Origin: an uncultured Methanosarcinales archaeon
GTDB lineage: Archaea > Nanobdellota > Nanobdellia > Woesearchaeales > BS150m-G63
DNA length: 37,758 nucleotides
NCBI GenBank assembly: GCA_964630685.1
Contig: CAZVVW010000010.1
Coordinates: 1-37,758 of the forward strand
Reading direction: 5' to 3'
Under the pieces are notes generated by a model. The model worked only from the letters and a program-made list of their open reading frames with translations. It had not been told where the DNA came from and searched no databases. Below are positions 27,515-37,123 of this stretch, piece after piece. How positions within the stretch are numbered: the first letter of the stretch is position 1; each line of letters opens with the position of its first letter. A program made the translations under genes and the position numbers.

Positions 27515-28702
27515 CTACTTAATGAAAGCATATATTATGTTAAATAATACTGCAAGAATGAACAACCAAGAGATTAATTTCCATATTCTTACTCCCCATT
27601 TTTCTTTGAATAGTTTTGTGAGTCCAAGATGGAGCATTCTTCCACCATCTACAGGCCCAATTGGAACCAAATTAAATAATCCAATTCCCATATTGAGTAA
27701 ATATAGCCAATATAATAATCCAATAATCCAAATAATTATAGAAGGAATTATGTTTCCATATTTTTCTTTAAAACTCTCTTTTATTTCTTTGCTTTGTGCT
27801 ACATAAACACCAAGATATGCTTTTTCTGGGTCTTGAGGACTTTCTGTTAATATTACATCATAATTGGATAAATTTGTTTTAAGGTTTATTTGGTCTCCAG
27901 GAGATTTGTTTGAAAGTATTGCAGTGAAGTCTGTTGTTTTAGTTATTGGAATTCCATCAATTTCTTGAATTAATTCATTTTCAGTTATTCCTGCTATCTC
28001 TGCAGGCATTGTGATATTATTTTCTGAAATTAATCCAGTTACTAAAACTCCATTGTAATCAATCATACTATTAGAAATTGGCGTTACAATCAAAAAAGAA
28101 AGCCCCATTATTAAAAACGCAAACAATACATTTGCTATTGGTCCTGCGGCAAATACTGCTAATTGTTTTTTTCTTGATTTTTTTTGTAGTTGTTTTTCAT
28201 CTGGTTCTACAAATGCCAAAGGGATAATAGGTACTAAAATGCTTAAAAACCCAACCCCGCTTGATTTAACTTTTATCTTATGTAATCTTGCCACAATTCC
28301 ATGGGCAAATTCGTGAACTGTTGCCAATACAAAAATCGAAATTATCCAATAAAAGAAAGGTACATAAAATGCCCCCTTCATAGGGATTGGAAGTACTAAT
28401 CCTACTCCAGGCATTGCTTCAGGCATAGTGATTATCTTGATTATATTTTTTATTAGTTCATAAGAAATTAATAACATACCTGCGAAACCAAGGTAAATTC
28501 CTATTGTAGAGATTATGTTTACTAATTTAGGATGTTTTTTAGAAATTTTATCCATGAATTTAAGACCAAATTTACTTCTGTAAGCTACTAAATAAAGAAA
28601 AGGGAACAAAATTTTTTGAACCATTAATTTTTTCCGTTGTACCCAGAGAATTACACTAACTATAACAATAAATAGAATGGTAGCAATACTTTGAAAGTCC
28701 AT
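27515..28702 (-). CDS. Site-2 protease (M50) with PDZ domain
   Basis: HEFAH, AFVEPD, AGPIAN, FNLVPIGPVDGG; central PDZ-like PAEIAGI segment. Confidence 0.92.
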   Translation of the reverse strand: MDFQSIATILFIVIVSVILWVQRKKLMVQKILFPFLYLVAYRSKFGLKFMDKISKKHPKLVNIISTIGIYLGFAGMLLISYELIKNIIKIITMPEAMPGVGLVLPIPMKGAFYVPFFYWIISIFVLATVHEFAHGIVARLHKIKVKSSGVGFLSILVPIIPLAFVEPDEKQLQKKSRKKQLAVFAAGPIANVLFAFLIMGLSFLIVTPISNSMIDYNGVLVTGLISENNITMPAEIAGITENELIQEIDGIPITKTTDFTAILSNKSPGDQINLKTNLSNYDVILTESPQDPEKAYLGVYVAQSKEIKESFKEKYGNIIPSIIIWIIGLLYWLYLLNMGIGLFNLVPIGPVDGGRMLHLGLTKLFKEKWGVRIWKLISWLFILAVLFNIIYAFIK

Positions 28703-28703
28703 C

Positions 28704-28865
28704 TTATTTTTTCTTTATAGGTCTAAAGGCTTTTCCGTTACACCCTCTACATTTAATTTTTTCTGCTCGTATTTTAGAAGGGTCTGCTCGTATTTTTGTC
28801 TTACATTTTTTGCAAACAAAGATATTCTTAAACAACCTCGCTTCTGCTTCTGGTAGTTTTGCCAT
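28704..28865 (-). CDS. rpl40e: 50S ribosomal protein L40e (not in the ORF track)
   Basis: Manual translation MAKLPEAEARLFKNIFVCKKCKTKIRADPSKIRAEKIKCRGCNGKAFRPIKKK; C4 zinc finger and R-P-x-K-K end. Confidence 0.88.
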   Translation of the reverse strand: MAKLPEAEARLFKNIFVCKKCKTKIRADPSKIRAEKIKCRGCNGKAFRPIKKK

Positions 28866-28952
28866 TTTATTTTTTTAAATGGTAAAGATTTAAGACGTTG
28901 AGTCTTATTGTTTTGCCATTTTATTTTATTTTTATTTACCTATTATATTCAC

Positions 28953-29345
28953 TTATTCTTTGATTTCTTTCATTACTTTATCGTCAAGTATTTTCCAATA
29001 TGTTATATTAACTCCAGCAATACATCTGTCTTTTAATTCTCCCGGAATTTTTAAGTCAAATGTTTCATATGTTTCCATATCCATTATATTTGCTGAATCT
29101 CCGCTTATAGATAATACTTGTGCTAATTTTTTATCTATTATTGGTGTATCAATCTGATCATGTCCAGGCATAACTATTACTCTTTTTTTGTCGTCTATTA
29201 GGCCTATTGCGGTTAATCTTACTTTTGCGTGTCCGTGTTTTCCTGGTCTAGATATTTGAATATCGGATACTTTACAGGCAGCATTATCTATTACAACAGT
29301 GCTTCCTTTTTTTAATGATCCGACTGAAACTGGTTTTGTACTCAT
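28953..29345 (-). CDS. eif5a: Translation factor aIF5A
   Basis: SRPGKHGHAK hypusination motif, MDMETYETF. Confidence 0.96.
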   Translation of the reverse strand: MSTKPVSVGSLKKGSTVVIDNAACKVSDIQISRPGKHGHAKVRLTAIGLIDDKKRVIVMPGHDQIDTPIIDKKLAQVLSISGDSANIMDMETYETFDLKIPGELKDRCIAGVNITYWKILDDKVMKEIKE

Positions 29346-29406
29346 TTTTAATTACCCCTATTATAATAAAAAGAGAATGGGATGCATTTAAATAAGTTTT
29401 GCTTTT

Positions 29407-30066
29407 TTACCAAAACTTAAATATTTTTTTTATTTTATTTTTAGTAACAAATTTCCTTAATTCCTTTTCTATATTTTGAGAATTTTTGAATTCTTTTTCT
29501 TTTTCCCTAAAAGTTTTAGTGTGATGGTAATTCCTATTGTTTTTATGCTTGAATTTGTGTTTTTTATGGAGCATCTCATGATACATCACATAATCAAGCA
29601 GTTCTTGCGGAGCATCTTTTAGATATTTACTAATTGTTATTGTATCTGTGCCGTATTCGTAACTCCCTAGTTTATTTATGCTATTTGTGAATTTAAGGTT
29701 TGGAGCTGTAATTAAGTTGTAAAAATATTCATTATTTATTTTATCAAACGATTGTCTTAATTGGGGGTCTGATTCTGTTTTTGGCACCGCAATATGTATA
29801 TTTTTTATGAAATTATTATAAAAATCCATATTGGACGTGTGTTTTTTTACTTTGAAAAGTTTTAGTAAGAGGGATTGGATAAGACCTATTTGAATCTCCT
29901 TGTTTATTGGATACCACTGTTTGCTTAATCTAACTTCAATTTGATTTGGGTATAATTTAATATTAGCATTATACCCCTTGAATGCTTTGGAATATTTTAA
30001 TTTAGTTTGTAAGGAGAATTCTTTTTTAGGAAATAATCTAGAGAAAGATTCTTTAATTAGATTCAT
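29407..30066 (-). CDS. SprT/YgjP-like zinc metallopeptidase
   Basis: LDYVMYHEMLH followed by HHTKTF. Confidence 0.75.
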   Translation of the reverse strand: MNLIKESFSRLFPKKEFSLQTKLKYSKAFKGYNANIKLYPNQIEVRLSKQWYPINKEIQIGLIQSLLLKLFKVKKHTSNMDFYNNFIKNIHIAVPKTESDPQLRQSFDKINNEYFYNLITAPNLKFTNSINKLGSYEYGTDTITISKYLKDAPQELLDYVMYHEMLHKKHKFKHKNNRNYHHTKTFREKEKEFKNSQNIEKELRKFVTKNKIKKIFKFW

Positions 30067-31160
30067 TGTAATTTATATCTTAAAATTGCTGCAATTTTTC
30101 CTAAATTTGTAAGTTGGGCCCCTTCTTTTGTTTCTGTGGATATTATTTCTATTTTACTATTTAGATCGCTTGCTATTTTTTCAAATTCTTCTATTTTTTC
30201 ATCTTCAAGTGCTTCTGAAATAAGTAAAATATCTACTGCTCCCATCTTTAAGGTCTTGGAGACTTCTTTTTCGCCATAGGCTATTTTTCCTGGTTCTTTT
30301 GCTAGTTTTTCAAAGAAAGTATCCATTAATTTTTTTTCTTTTGCTATTTCTTCCTCTGCTAATACATCTTTACTTTTTTCAACCAATTCTTTAATACCAA
30401 AATCTCCTGTATAACTTAGGTCTTTTATGGCTATAATTTTTTGTTTTACTTGATCAGTGATATAGTTTCCATCAACAAAATCGTATTTAGTTGGTCCTGG
30501 CCCCCCCACAATAATCCCTTTGAGTTCTTTTTTATTAAGAAATTCATCTTTTACTAATTCTCCAATTTTTTTATAAAAATCTTTTGCTGCACCTTCTCTT
30601 AAACGTTCAAATCTTTGTGCTGATTGACCACCAGCTCTTGTTTTTCCAGGTACATTTGATTTAGTTTGTACTAATGGGATGATGGATTTTCCTTTTAATA
30701 AAGCAACATCACCCTCCCTTCGATCCATCACAATTAATCCATAAACTTCTTTTGTTTCACACATATCTTTTAAAACTTCCAAAACGAATTGTTTATCGCA
30801 CCTATATATTCTTGTTTTTAGTGGAATTGGTGGTTCGATACTCCATACTTGTACATCACTTTGACCTTCTTTTTTATATACATTTCCTGAAAATACTACT
30901 AGCCCATTGTTAGGTGTTTTTTTGAATAATCTTAAGTGTTGGATCATTCTTTCAAGAGCATCAATCACATTTTTTCTAGTTCCTGAAGATTTTATATTTG
31001 TGGCAGTTCCTTGTTCTTGATTTAAGTGGTTGATTATTTTATTTAAGTCATATCCTTGAGGGATATAAACAGAAACAAGTTCTGTATGCCTACCTCTATG
31101 AGTGGAAAGTTTTTTAATTAACTTTTTTAATTCAAATTTTTGTTTTGTTGTGAGACTCAT
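30063..31160 (-). CDS. prf1: Peptide chain release factor aRF1
   Basis: GRHTELVSVYIP, NIKS, YRCD, GGQSAQRF. Confidence 0.96.
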   Translation of the reverse strand: MSLTTKQKFELKKLIKKLSTHRGRHTELVSVYIPQGYDLNKIINHLNQEQGTATNIKSSGTRKNVIDALERMIQHLRLFKKTPNNGLVVFSGNVYKKEGQSDVQVWSIEPPIPLKTRIYRCDKQFVLEVLKDMCETKEVYGLIVMDRREGDVALLKGKSIIPLVQTKSNVPGKTRAGGQSAQRFERLREGAAKDFYKKIGELVKDEFLNKKELKGIIVGGPGPTKYDFVDGNYITDQVKQKIIAIKDLSYTGDFGIKELVEKSKDVLAEEEIAKEKKLMDTFFEKLAKEPGKIAYGEKEVSKTLKMGAVDILLISEALEDEKIEEFEKIASDLNSKIEIISTETKEGAQLTNLGKIAAILRYKLQ

Positions 31161-31273
31161 AATAAAATTGTTGTTTGTTCCTTTGTATTTAAAGGTTTTC
31201 TTGAAATTGTTTAAACATAGAATGTTTTTTCGAAACCTTTATAAATCGCCTGAGGTTTTTTTCAGAGATATAA

Positions 31274-31433
31274 GGGGCTGTGGTGTAGCTTGGCCTATCA
31301 TCTGTGGTTTGGGGCCATAGGACCCCGGTTCAAAACAGCCAGTTACGCTCAGTCGAAAGTTATTATTTACGCTCGAATACGCGTTATTGCGTTACATTTA
31401 TCGTAACTGTTGGTGAAAGTCCGGGCAGCCCCA
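31274..31433 (+). tRNA. trnP: tRNA-Pro(TGG) with 85-nt non-canonical intron at 59/60 (31335-31419)
   Basis: Acceptor GGGGCTG/CAGCCCC; anticodon arm TGTGG-TT-TGG-GG-CCATA; T arm CCCGG-TTCAAA^T-CCGGG interrupted; BHB with TTCA/TGAA central helix and CAGTTACG/CGTAACTG outer stem. Confidence 0.9.
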
Positions 31434-31465
31434 TTTTATATAATGAAATATTGAAGAAAATAAAA

Positions 31466-31855
31466 ATGGCAAAATTATCAACTAAAAGATTTGGAGCACG
31501 TTATGGTGCTAAATTAAGGAAAAAATTAGCTGTCATAGAAAAACAGCAGAAAAAAGCATATAAATGTCCTTATTGTAATTATGATAAGGTAAAAAGAGTT
31601 TTTGTAGGTGTTTGGCATTGTAAAAAATGTGATGCTAAATTTACAAGTAAAGCGTATTCTGTTGGAAAAGTAAATCTTAAGTCAACTGAAATTAGGGGCG
31701 AAAAAGAAGTTAAAGAACCTATAGAAAAAGAAGTGGAAGATGTTTCTACTGAAAAAACAATTAAAAAGACTAAGAAAGTGACTAAGAAAGTGACTAAGAA
31801 AGTGACTAAGAAAGTGGCTAAGAAAGTTTCTACTAAGAAAAAGGGGGATGATTAA
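31466..31855 (+). CDS. rpl37ae: 50S ribosomal protein L37Ae (eL43) with Lys-rich repetitive C-terminal extension
   Basis: RFGARYG, CPYC...GVWHCKKC; true start is ATG 31466 (the upstream part of the tracked ORF overlaps the tRNA). Confidence 0.93.
   Translation: MAKLSTKRFGARYGAKLRKKLAVIEKQQKKAYKCPYCNYDKVKRVFVGVWHCKKCDAKFTSKAYSVGKVNLKSTEIRGEKEVKEPIEKEVEDVSTEKTIKKTKKVTKKVTKKVTKKVAKKVSTKKKGDD
31768..31827 (+). repeat. 12-bp tandem repeat encoding (TKKV)n
   Basis: GACTAAGAAAGT x4 plus GGCTAAGAAAGT. Confidence 0.9.
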
Positions 31856-31856
31856 A

Positions 31857-31994
31857 GTGGTTGAATATAAATGTTTTAATTGTAACAAAAAAATTGATAG
31901 AAATTTATTAAGAAGAAGAATTAGATGTCCTTATTGTGGAAGCAAATTACTTTTTAAATCTAGATCAATCCCTCATAAGATTAAAGCAAGATGA
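31857..31994 (+). CDS. rpoP: RNA polymerase subunit P (Rpo12) (not in the ORF track)
   Basis: Manual translation MVEYKCFNCNKKIDRNLLRRRIRCPYCGSKLLFKSRSIPHKIKAR; conserved rpl37ae-rpoP order. Confidence 0.92.
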   Translation: MVEYKCFNCNKKIDRNLLRRRIRCPYCGSKLLFKSRSIPHKIKAR

Positions 31995-32209
31995 AGTATG
32001 AATGCACTTTTAAAATTAAATCTAAGGGGAATTTATATAAGGCATTATTGCCTGATGTTTCAAGCACTAAAAGGGCAGTATTGGAACTGAAAAAAGAAGA
32101 AGATTATTTGAAGATTAAAATTAAAGCATTAGATGCTATCGCTCTTAAAGCGTTTACAAGTTCAGTACTTAAATTATTAGAAGTTCATGAAAAAGTTAAG
32201 GAGATGTGA
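31991..32209 (+). CDS. pcc1: KEOPS complex subunit Pcc1
   Basis: LYKALLPD, IKIKALDAIALKA; typical position between rpoP and prefoldin beta. Confidence 0.8.
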   Translation: MKYECTFKIKSKGNLYKALLPDVSSTKRAVLELKKEEDYLKIKIKALDAIALKAFTSSVLKLLEVHEKVKEM

Positions 32210-32211
32210 AA

Positions 32212-32544
32212 ATGGACAGTAAAACAGAACAAAAATTACAACAACTTCAAATGTTTGAACAAAATTTGCAGAGTTTAATAATGCAGAGGCAAAATTTTCA
32301 AGTTCAACTTTTTGAAATAGATTCTGCTTTAAATGAATTAAAGGGAGTAAAAGAAGCATATAAAATGATTGCTGGAATAATGGTGCTTAGTAAAAAAGAA
32401 GATATTATTAAATCCTTGAAAGAAAAAAAAGAGATGTTTGAATTGCGAATAAAAAAATTAGAAGAGCAAGAAAAATCAATTAATGATAAAGCAAAAAAAA
32501 TTCAATCTGAGGTTCTTTCTGAAGTCGAAGAAACTAAGAAATAA
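32212..32544 (+). CDS. pfdB: Prefoldin beta subunit
   Basis: Coiled coil, EIDSALNEL, AYKMIAGIMV hairpin, ELRIKKLEEQE; ATG 32212 preferred over GTG 32206. Confidence 0.9.
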   Translation: MDSKTEQKLQQLQMFEQNLQSLIMQRQNFQVQLFEIDSALNELKGVKEAYKMIAGIMVLSKKEDIIKSLKEKKEMFELRIKKLEEQEKSINDKAKKIQSEVLSEVEETKK

Positions 32545-32555
32545 GGTAAGGGAAA

Positions 32556-32804
32556 ATGAGTCAACAAGAATTATTAAGAGAGATTATTGGATTGCTCAAT
32601 GAAGTTGGTGATGATTCTGAAATTTCATGTAATGTTAAAGAAAGAATAGGTAATAGCTTAAATACTTTAAATGAAGATATTGATTCTTCTGTTAAAGCAA
32701 GTAAAGTTATTCATGAATTAGAAGGAGTTTCTGAAAATTCAAATTTGGAATCTTATACTAGAACTCAAATATGGAATATTGTTTCTTTACTTGAGAAATT
32801 ATAA
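32556..32804 (+). CDS. UPF0147 family protein
   Basis: C-terminal NLESYTRTQIWNIVSLLE signature. Confidence 0.85.
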   Translation: MSQQELLREIIGLLNEVGDDSEISCNVKERIGNSLNTLNEDIDSSVKASKVIHELEGVSENSNLESYTRTQIWNIVSLLEKL

Positions 32805-32817
32805 TTAAGATTAATTA

Positions 32818-33396
32818 TTACAATTTTTTCTTTTTTAATTGGGTGATTTGTTTTTTGATTAATAAAGAATTGGGAATATAAATAATATCTCCACTTTTAG
32901 ATTCTAATTTTGTTTCTATGAATGTAGTGTCTATTACTTTTGCTTTTATTTTATCGAACGCAATCAAATCTCCTTTTTTGATTATTCCTTTTTGGTAAAT
33001 AAATAATCCTGAAGTCATATTTGGAACAAAATCTTTTATTGCTAATAAGATTGAAATGATTACTAAGAGAATTATTGCCCCAGAAATCATATTTATTATT
33101 GCAGTTGTAATACCTAGTTGATTTAATGCTATCACAATTGTTATGAAATAAATAAAATAGGTTAAAAATGAACCCATAAAATGTTCTATTGAAATATGAA
33201 TTCCTGCAGAATGTTTTAATGCTTTATCTACTTCAAATTCATGAAGTACTTTTTGAAGCAATCTGCCCAAGATTTTTCCAATAATAAATCCAATTAATAA
33301 AGTTATAATTGCGACTACTATATTAGTGAATACGCCTGAAAATAGTATATCTAGGGTATCAATTCCCTGACTTATTGCTGAACTATTATTAATCAT
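32818..33396 (-). CDS. Small-conductance mechanosensitive channel (MscS family)
   Basis: TM helices, KDFVPNMTSG, IKKGDLI, IYIPNS. Confidence 0.85.
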   Translation of the reverse strand: MINNSSAISQGIDTLDILFSGVFTNIVVAIITLLIGFIIGKILGRLLQKVLHEFEVDKALKHSAGIHISIEHFMGSFLTYFIYFITIVIALNQLGITTAIINMISGAIILLVIISILLAIKDFVPNMTSGLFIYQKGIIKKGDLIAFDKIKAKVIDTTFIETKLESKSGDIIYIPNSLLIKKQITQLKKKKL

Positions 33397-33479
33397 TATG
33401 AGTTTGAAGTTATATATAGAGTTTATATAATTTACTAAATTGCAAACAATTTTAAATGATTATTTTGTTCTTGAAGTGT

Positions 33480-34568
33480 ATGGTTGAATATAAGGATAGG
33501 ATAGAGGAATTAGAAGAGGAACTTCGTACTACTAAGTATAATAAAAAAACACAGCACGCTATTGGATTACTTAAGGCAAAAATAGCTAATTTGAAAAAGA
33601 AAAAAGCAGGACAAAAAAAAGCAGGAAGCAAACAAGGATATGTTATTAGGAGAAGCGGAGATGCTACTGTAGTTCTTGTTGGTTTTCCTTCTGTAGGTAA
33701 ATCTACTTTATTGAATGCTTTGACTAATCAAGAAAGTGAAGTTGGAGGTTATGATTTTACAACTTTAGATGCTATTCCTGGGTTGCTGAATTATAAGGGC
33801 GCTAAGATACAAATTTTTGATGTTCCGGGATTAGTTGAAGGTGCTGCTGCAGGAACAGGAAGGGGAAAGGAGGTGCTTTCTGTGTTAAGGAGTGCCGATT
33901 TATGTTTGATTTTAGTTGATATAAATCACCCAGAACATCTTGAAGTTATCAAAAAAGAGATTTATGATTCTATGATAAGATTGAATCAGTCAAAACCAGA
34001 TGTGAGGATCAAGAAAACAATCAAAGGAGGAATCAGGATTGGTAAAACAGTTAAATTAAATGTTAGTGATGATACTTTAAAAGCGATATTAAATGAGATG
34101 GGGATTGCTAATGCTAATGTTTTGATTAGAACTAAAGTAACTGAAGATCAATTCATTGATGTTATTGAGGGAAATAGAAAATATGTAAATGGGGTTGTTG
34201 TGCTGAATAAAATTGATTCTATGAGTAAGGGGGGAGTAGGTAATATTGCTAAAAAATTAGGTGTTGATGTGTTAGTTTCTGCCGAGAAAAAACAAGGATT
34301 AAACGAATTGAAAGAAATGATTTTTGATAAATTGGATCTGATTAGAATTTATTTAAAACAACCAGGAAAAGAAGCAGATATGAAAGAGCCGTTGATTGTA
34401 TATGGGGGTGTTACTGTGAAGGGCGTCTGTGACAAATTGCATAGAAATATTCTTAATAGATTTAAGTTTGCTCGTGTTTGGGGAAAGTCAACTAAATTCG
34501 ATGGGCAGAAATTAACTCTTAAACATAAGTTATTAGATGAAGATATAGTGGAGTTGCATTTGAGTTAG
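33480..34568 (+). CDS. DRG/Obg-family GTPase with TGS domain
   Basis: GFPSVGKS, YDFTT, DVPG, NKID, FARVWGKS; start set at MVEYKDRI. Confidence 0.93.
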   Translation: MVEYKDRIEELEEELRTTKYNKKTQHAIGLLKAKIANLKKKKAGQKKAGSKQGYVIRRSGDATVVLVGFPSVGKSTLLNALTNQESEVGGYDFTTLDAIPGLLNYKGAKIQIFDVPGLVEGAAAGTGRGKEVLSVLRSADLCLILVDINHPEHLEVIKKEIYDSMIRLNQSKPDVRIKKTIKGGIRIGKTVKLNVSDDTLKAILNEMGIANANVLIRTKVTEDQFIDVIEGNRKYVNGVVVLNKIDSMSKGGVGNIAKKLGVDVLVSAEKKQGLNELKEMIFDKLDLIRIYLKQPGKEADMKEPLIVYGGVTVKGVCDKLHRNILNRFKFARVWGKSTKFDGQKLTLKHKLLDEDIVELHLS

Positions 34569-34625
34569 CAATTTTCTATGTCAAAACATATATAAATGAG
34601 TAAAGAATTTATGAGTTTAGGTAAA

Positions 34626-35924
34626 ATGGAATTTATATCAATTAAGGAAGCTATGAAGAAAGGCAAAGGTAAAGTAGCTGTAAGAGGCTGGGTTTATCGT
34701 GAAAGAGGTTCAAATAAACTGAAGTTTATTGTGTTGAGGGATGCTTCTGAAATAATTCAATGTGTAATTGAAAAAGGAAAAGTAGGAGAAAAGAGTTTTA
34801 AGATAGCGGATGCTGTCCAGATAGAAACGAGTATGGAGATAGTTGGAAAGATAAAAGAAGATAAAAGAGCTCCAACAGGGTATGAAATTGCTGTTGAGTC
34901 ATTTAAGGTTGTTGGGGATTCGGATACATTTCCAATAAGTAAGGATCAGAGTAGAGAGTTTTTAGATGATCATAGACATTTGTGGTTGAGAAGCAGAAAA
35001 ATGACTGCTATGATGAAGATAAGAAGCACTGTTTTTGGTGCTATTGATGAATATTTTAAAGGAGAAGGATTTTATGAATATCATTCACCAACTTTACAAG
35101 CAGTACAGTGTGAAGGTGGTTCTACTTTATTTGATGTTGATTATTATAAACAGGAAGGAGTGTTTTTAGCACAGACTTGGCAGTTGTATGCTGAGCCAGC
35201 CATTTTTGCTTTGGAAAAAATTTATACTATTGCTCCTAGTTTTAGGGCTGAAAAATCTAAAACTTCGCGCCATCTATCTGAGTATTGGCATGCTGAGATG
35301 GAAGTTGCTTGGGCAAGTTTTGATGATATAATCCAGCATGGAGAATATTTGCTTAAATTTATTATGAAAAAAGTGTTAGCTGAACGGAAAGAAGAATTGA
35401 AAATTCTTGGTAGGGACCCAAAAGACTTAGAGCCTACTGTTAAGAAAAAATTTCCAAGAATAACTTATACTGAATCTCTTAAATTATTAGATAAGAAATT
35501 TGGCATGAAAATCAAATGGGGAAAAGATTTACGAACTATTGAAGAAGATAAGTTAAGTGAGTTGTATGACACTCCAATAATCATAACTCATTATCCTAAA
35601 GAAGTAAAAGCGTTCTATATGAAAGAAGATCCTAAAGATAAAAAAGTAGTTTATGGGGTTGATTTTATTGCTCCAGAAGGTTATGGAGAAATTATTGGCG
35701 GTTCTGAAAGAGAGAGTGATATAAAAGAGATTGTAAAGAGACTTAAAGGGGTGGGTGAGGAGCCTAAAGAATACGAATTCTATTTAGATACAAGGAGATA
35801 TGGAAGTGTACCTCACGGCGGATTTGGATTAGGAATAGAAAGAGTGATATCTTGGATTTGTAAATTAGATAATATTAAGGATGCAATTCCATTTCCTAGA
35901 ACAATGACTAGATGGACTCCTTGA
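34626..35924 (+). CDS. asnS: Asparagine--tRNA ligase
   Basis: OB-fold RGWV..R, RHLWLRS, FRAEKSKTSRHLSEYWH, GEIIGGSERE, YGSVPHGGFGLG; start 34626 chosen from TATA spacing (the ORF is open from 34596). Confidence 0.88.
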   Translation: MEFISIKEAMKKGKGKVAVRGWVYRERGSNKLKFIVLRDASEIIQCVIEKGKVGEKSFKIADAVQIETSMEIVGKIKEDKRAPTGYEIAVESFKVVGDSDTFPISKDQSREFLDDHRHLWLRSRKMTAMMKIRSTVFGAIDEYFKGEGFYEYHSPTLQAVQCEGGSTLFDVDYYKQEGVFLAQTWQLYAEPAIFALEKIYTIAPSFRAEKSKTSRHLSEYWHAEMEVAWASFDDIIQHGEYLLKFIMKKVLAERKEELKILGRDPKDLEPTVKKKFPRITYTESLKLLDKKFGMKIKWGKDLRTIEEDKLSELYDTPIIITHYPKEVKAFYMKEDPKDKKVVYGVDFIAPEGYGEIIGGSERESDIKEIVKRLKGVGEEPKEYEFYLDTRRYGSVPHGGFGLGIERVISWICKLDNIKDAIPFPRTMTRWTP

Positions 35925-35945
35925 ATTATTTAGAGGGTTAAAGAG

Positions 35946-37046
<1,101 letters not shown>

Positions 37047-37123
37047 TTAAATAAAGGTTTAGATTAAATATCTTTCTACAAAGTTGCAAAAAATTAATAA
37101 ACTAGGGTTGTTTAAGTTAGTTT

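Noticed and set aside
31335..31419. Box C/D guide in the tRNA-Pro intron
   Set aside because: No RUGAUGA/CUGA-like box pair or target complementarity found by eye
31304..31465. 54-aa N-terminal extension of the eL43 ORF, and ORF 31102-31320
   Set aside because: Both overlap tRNA-Pro; eL43 homology begins at ATG 31466
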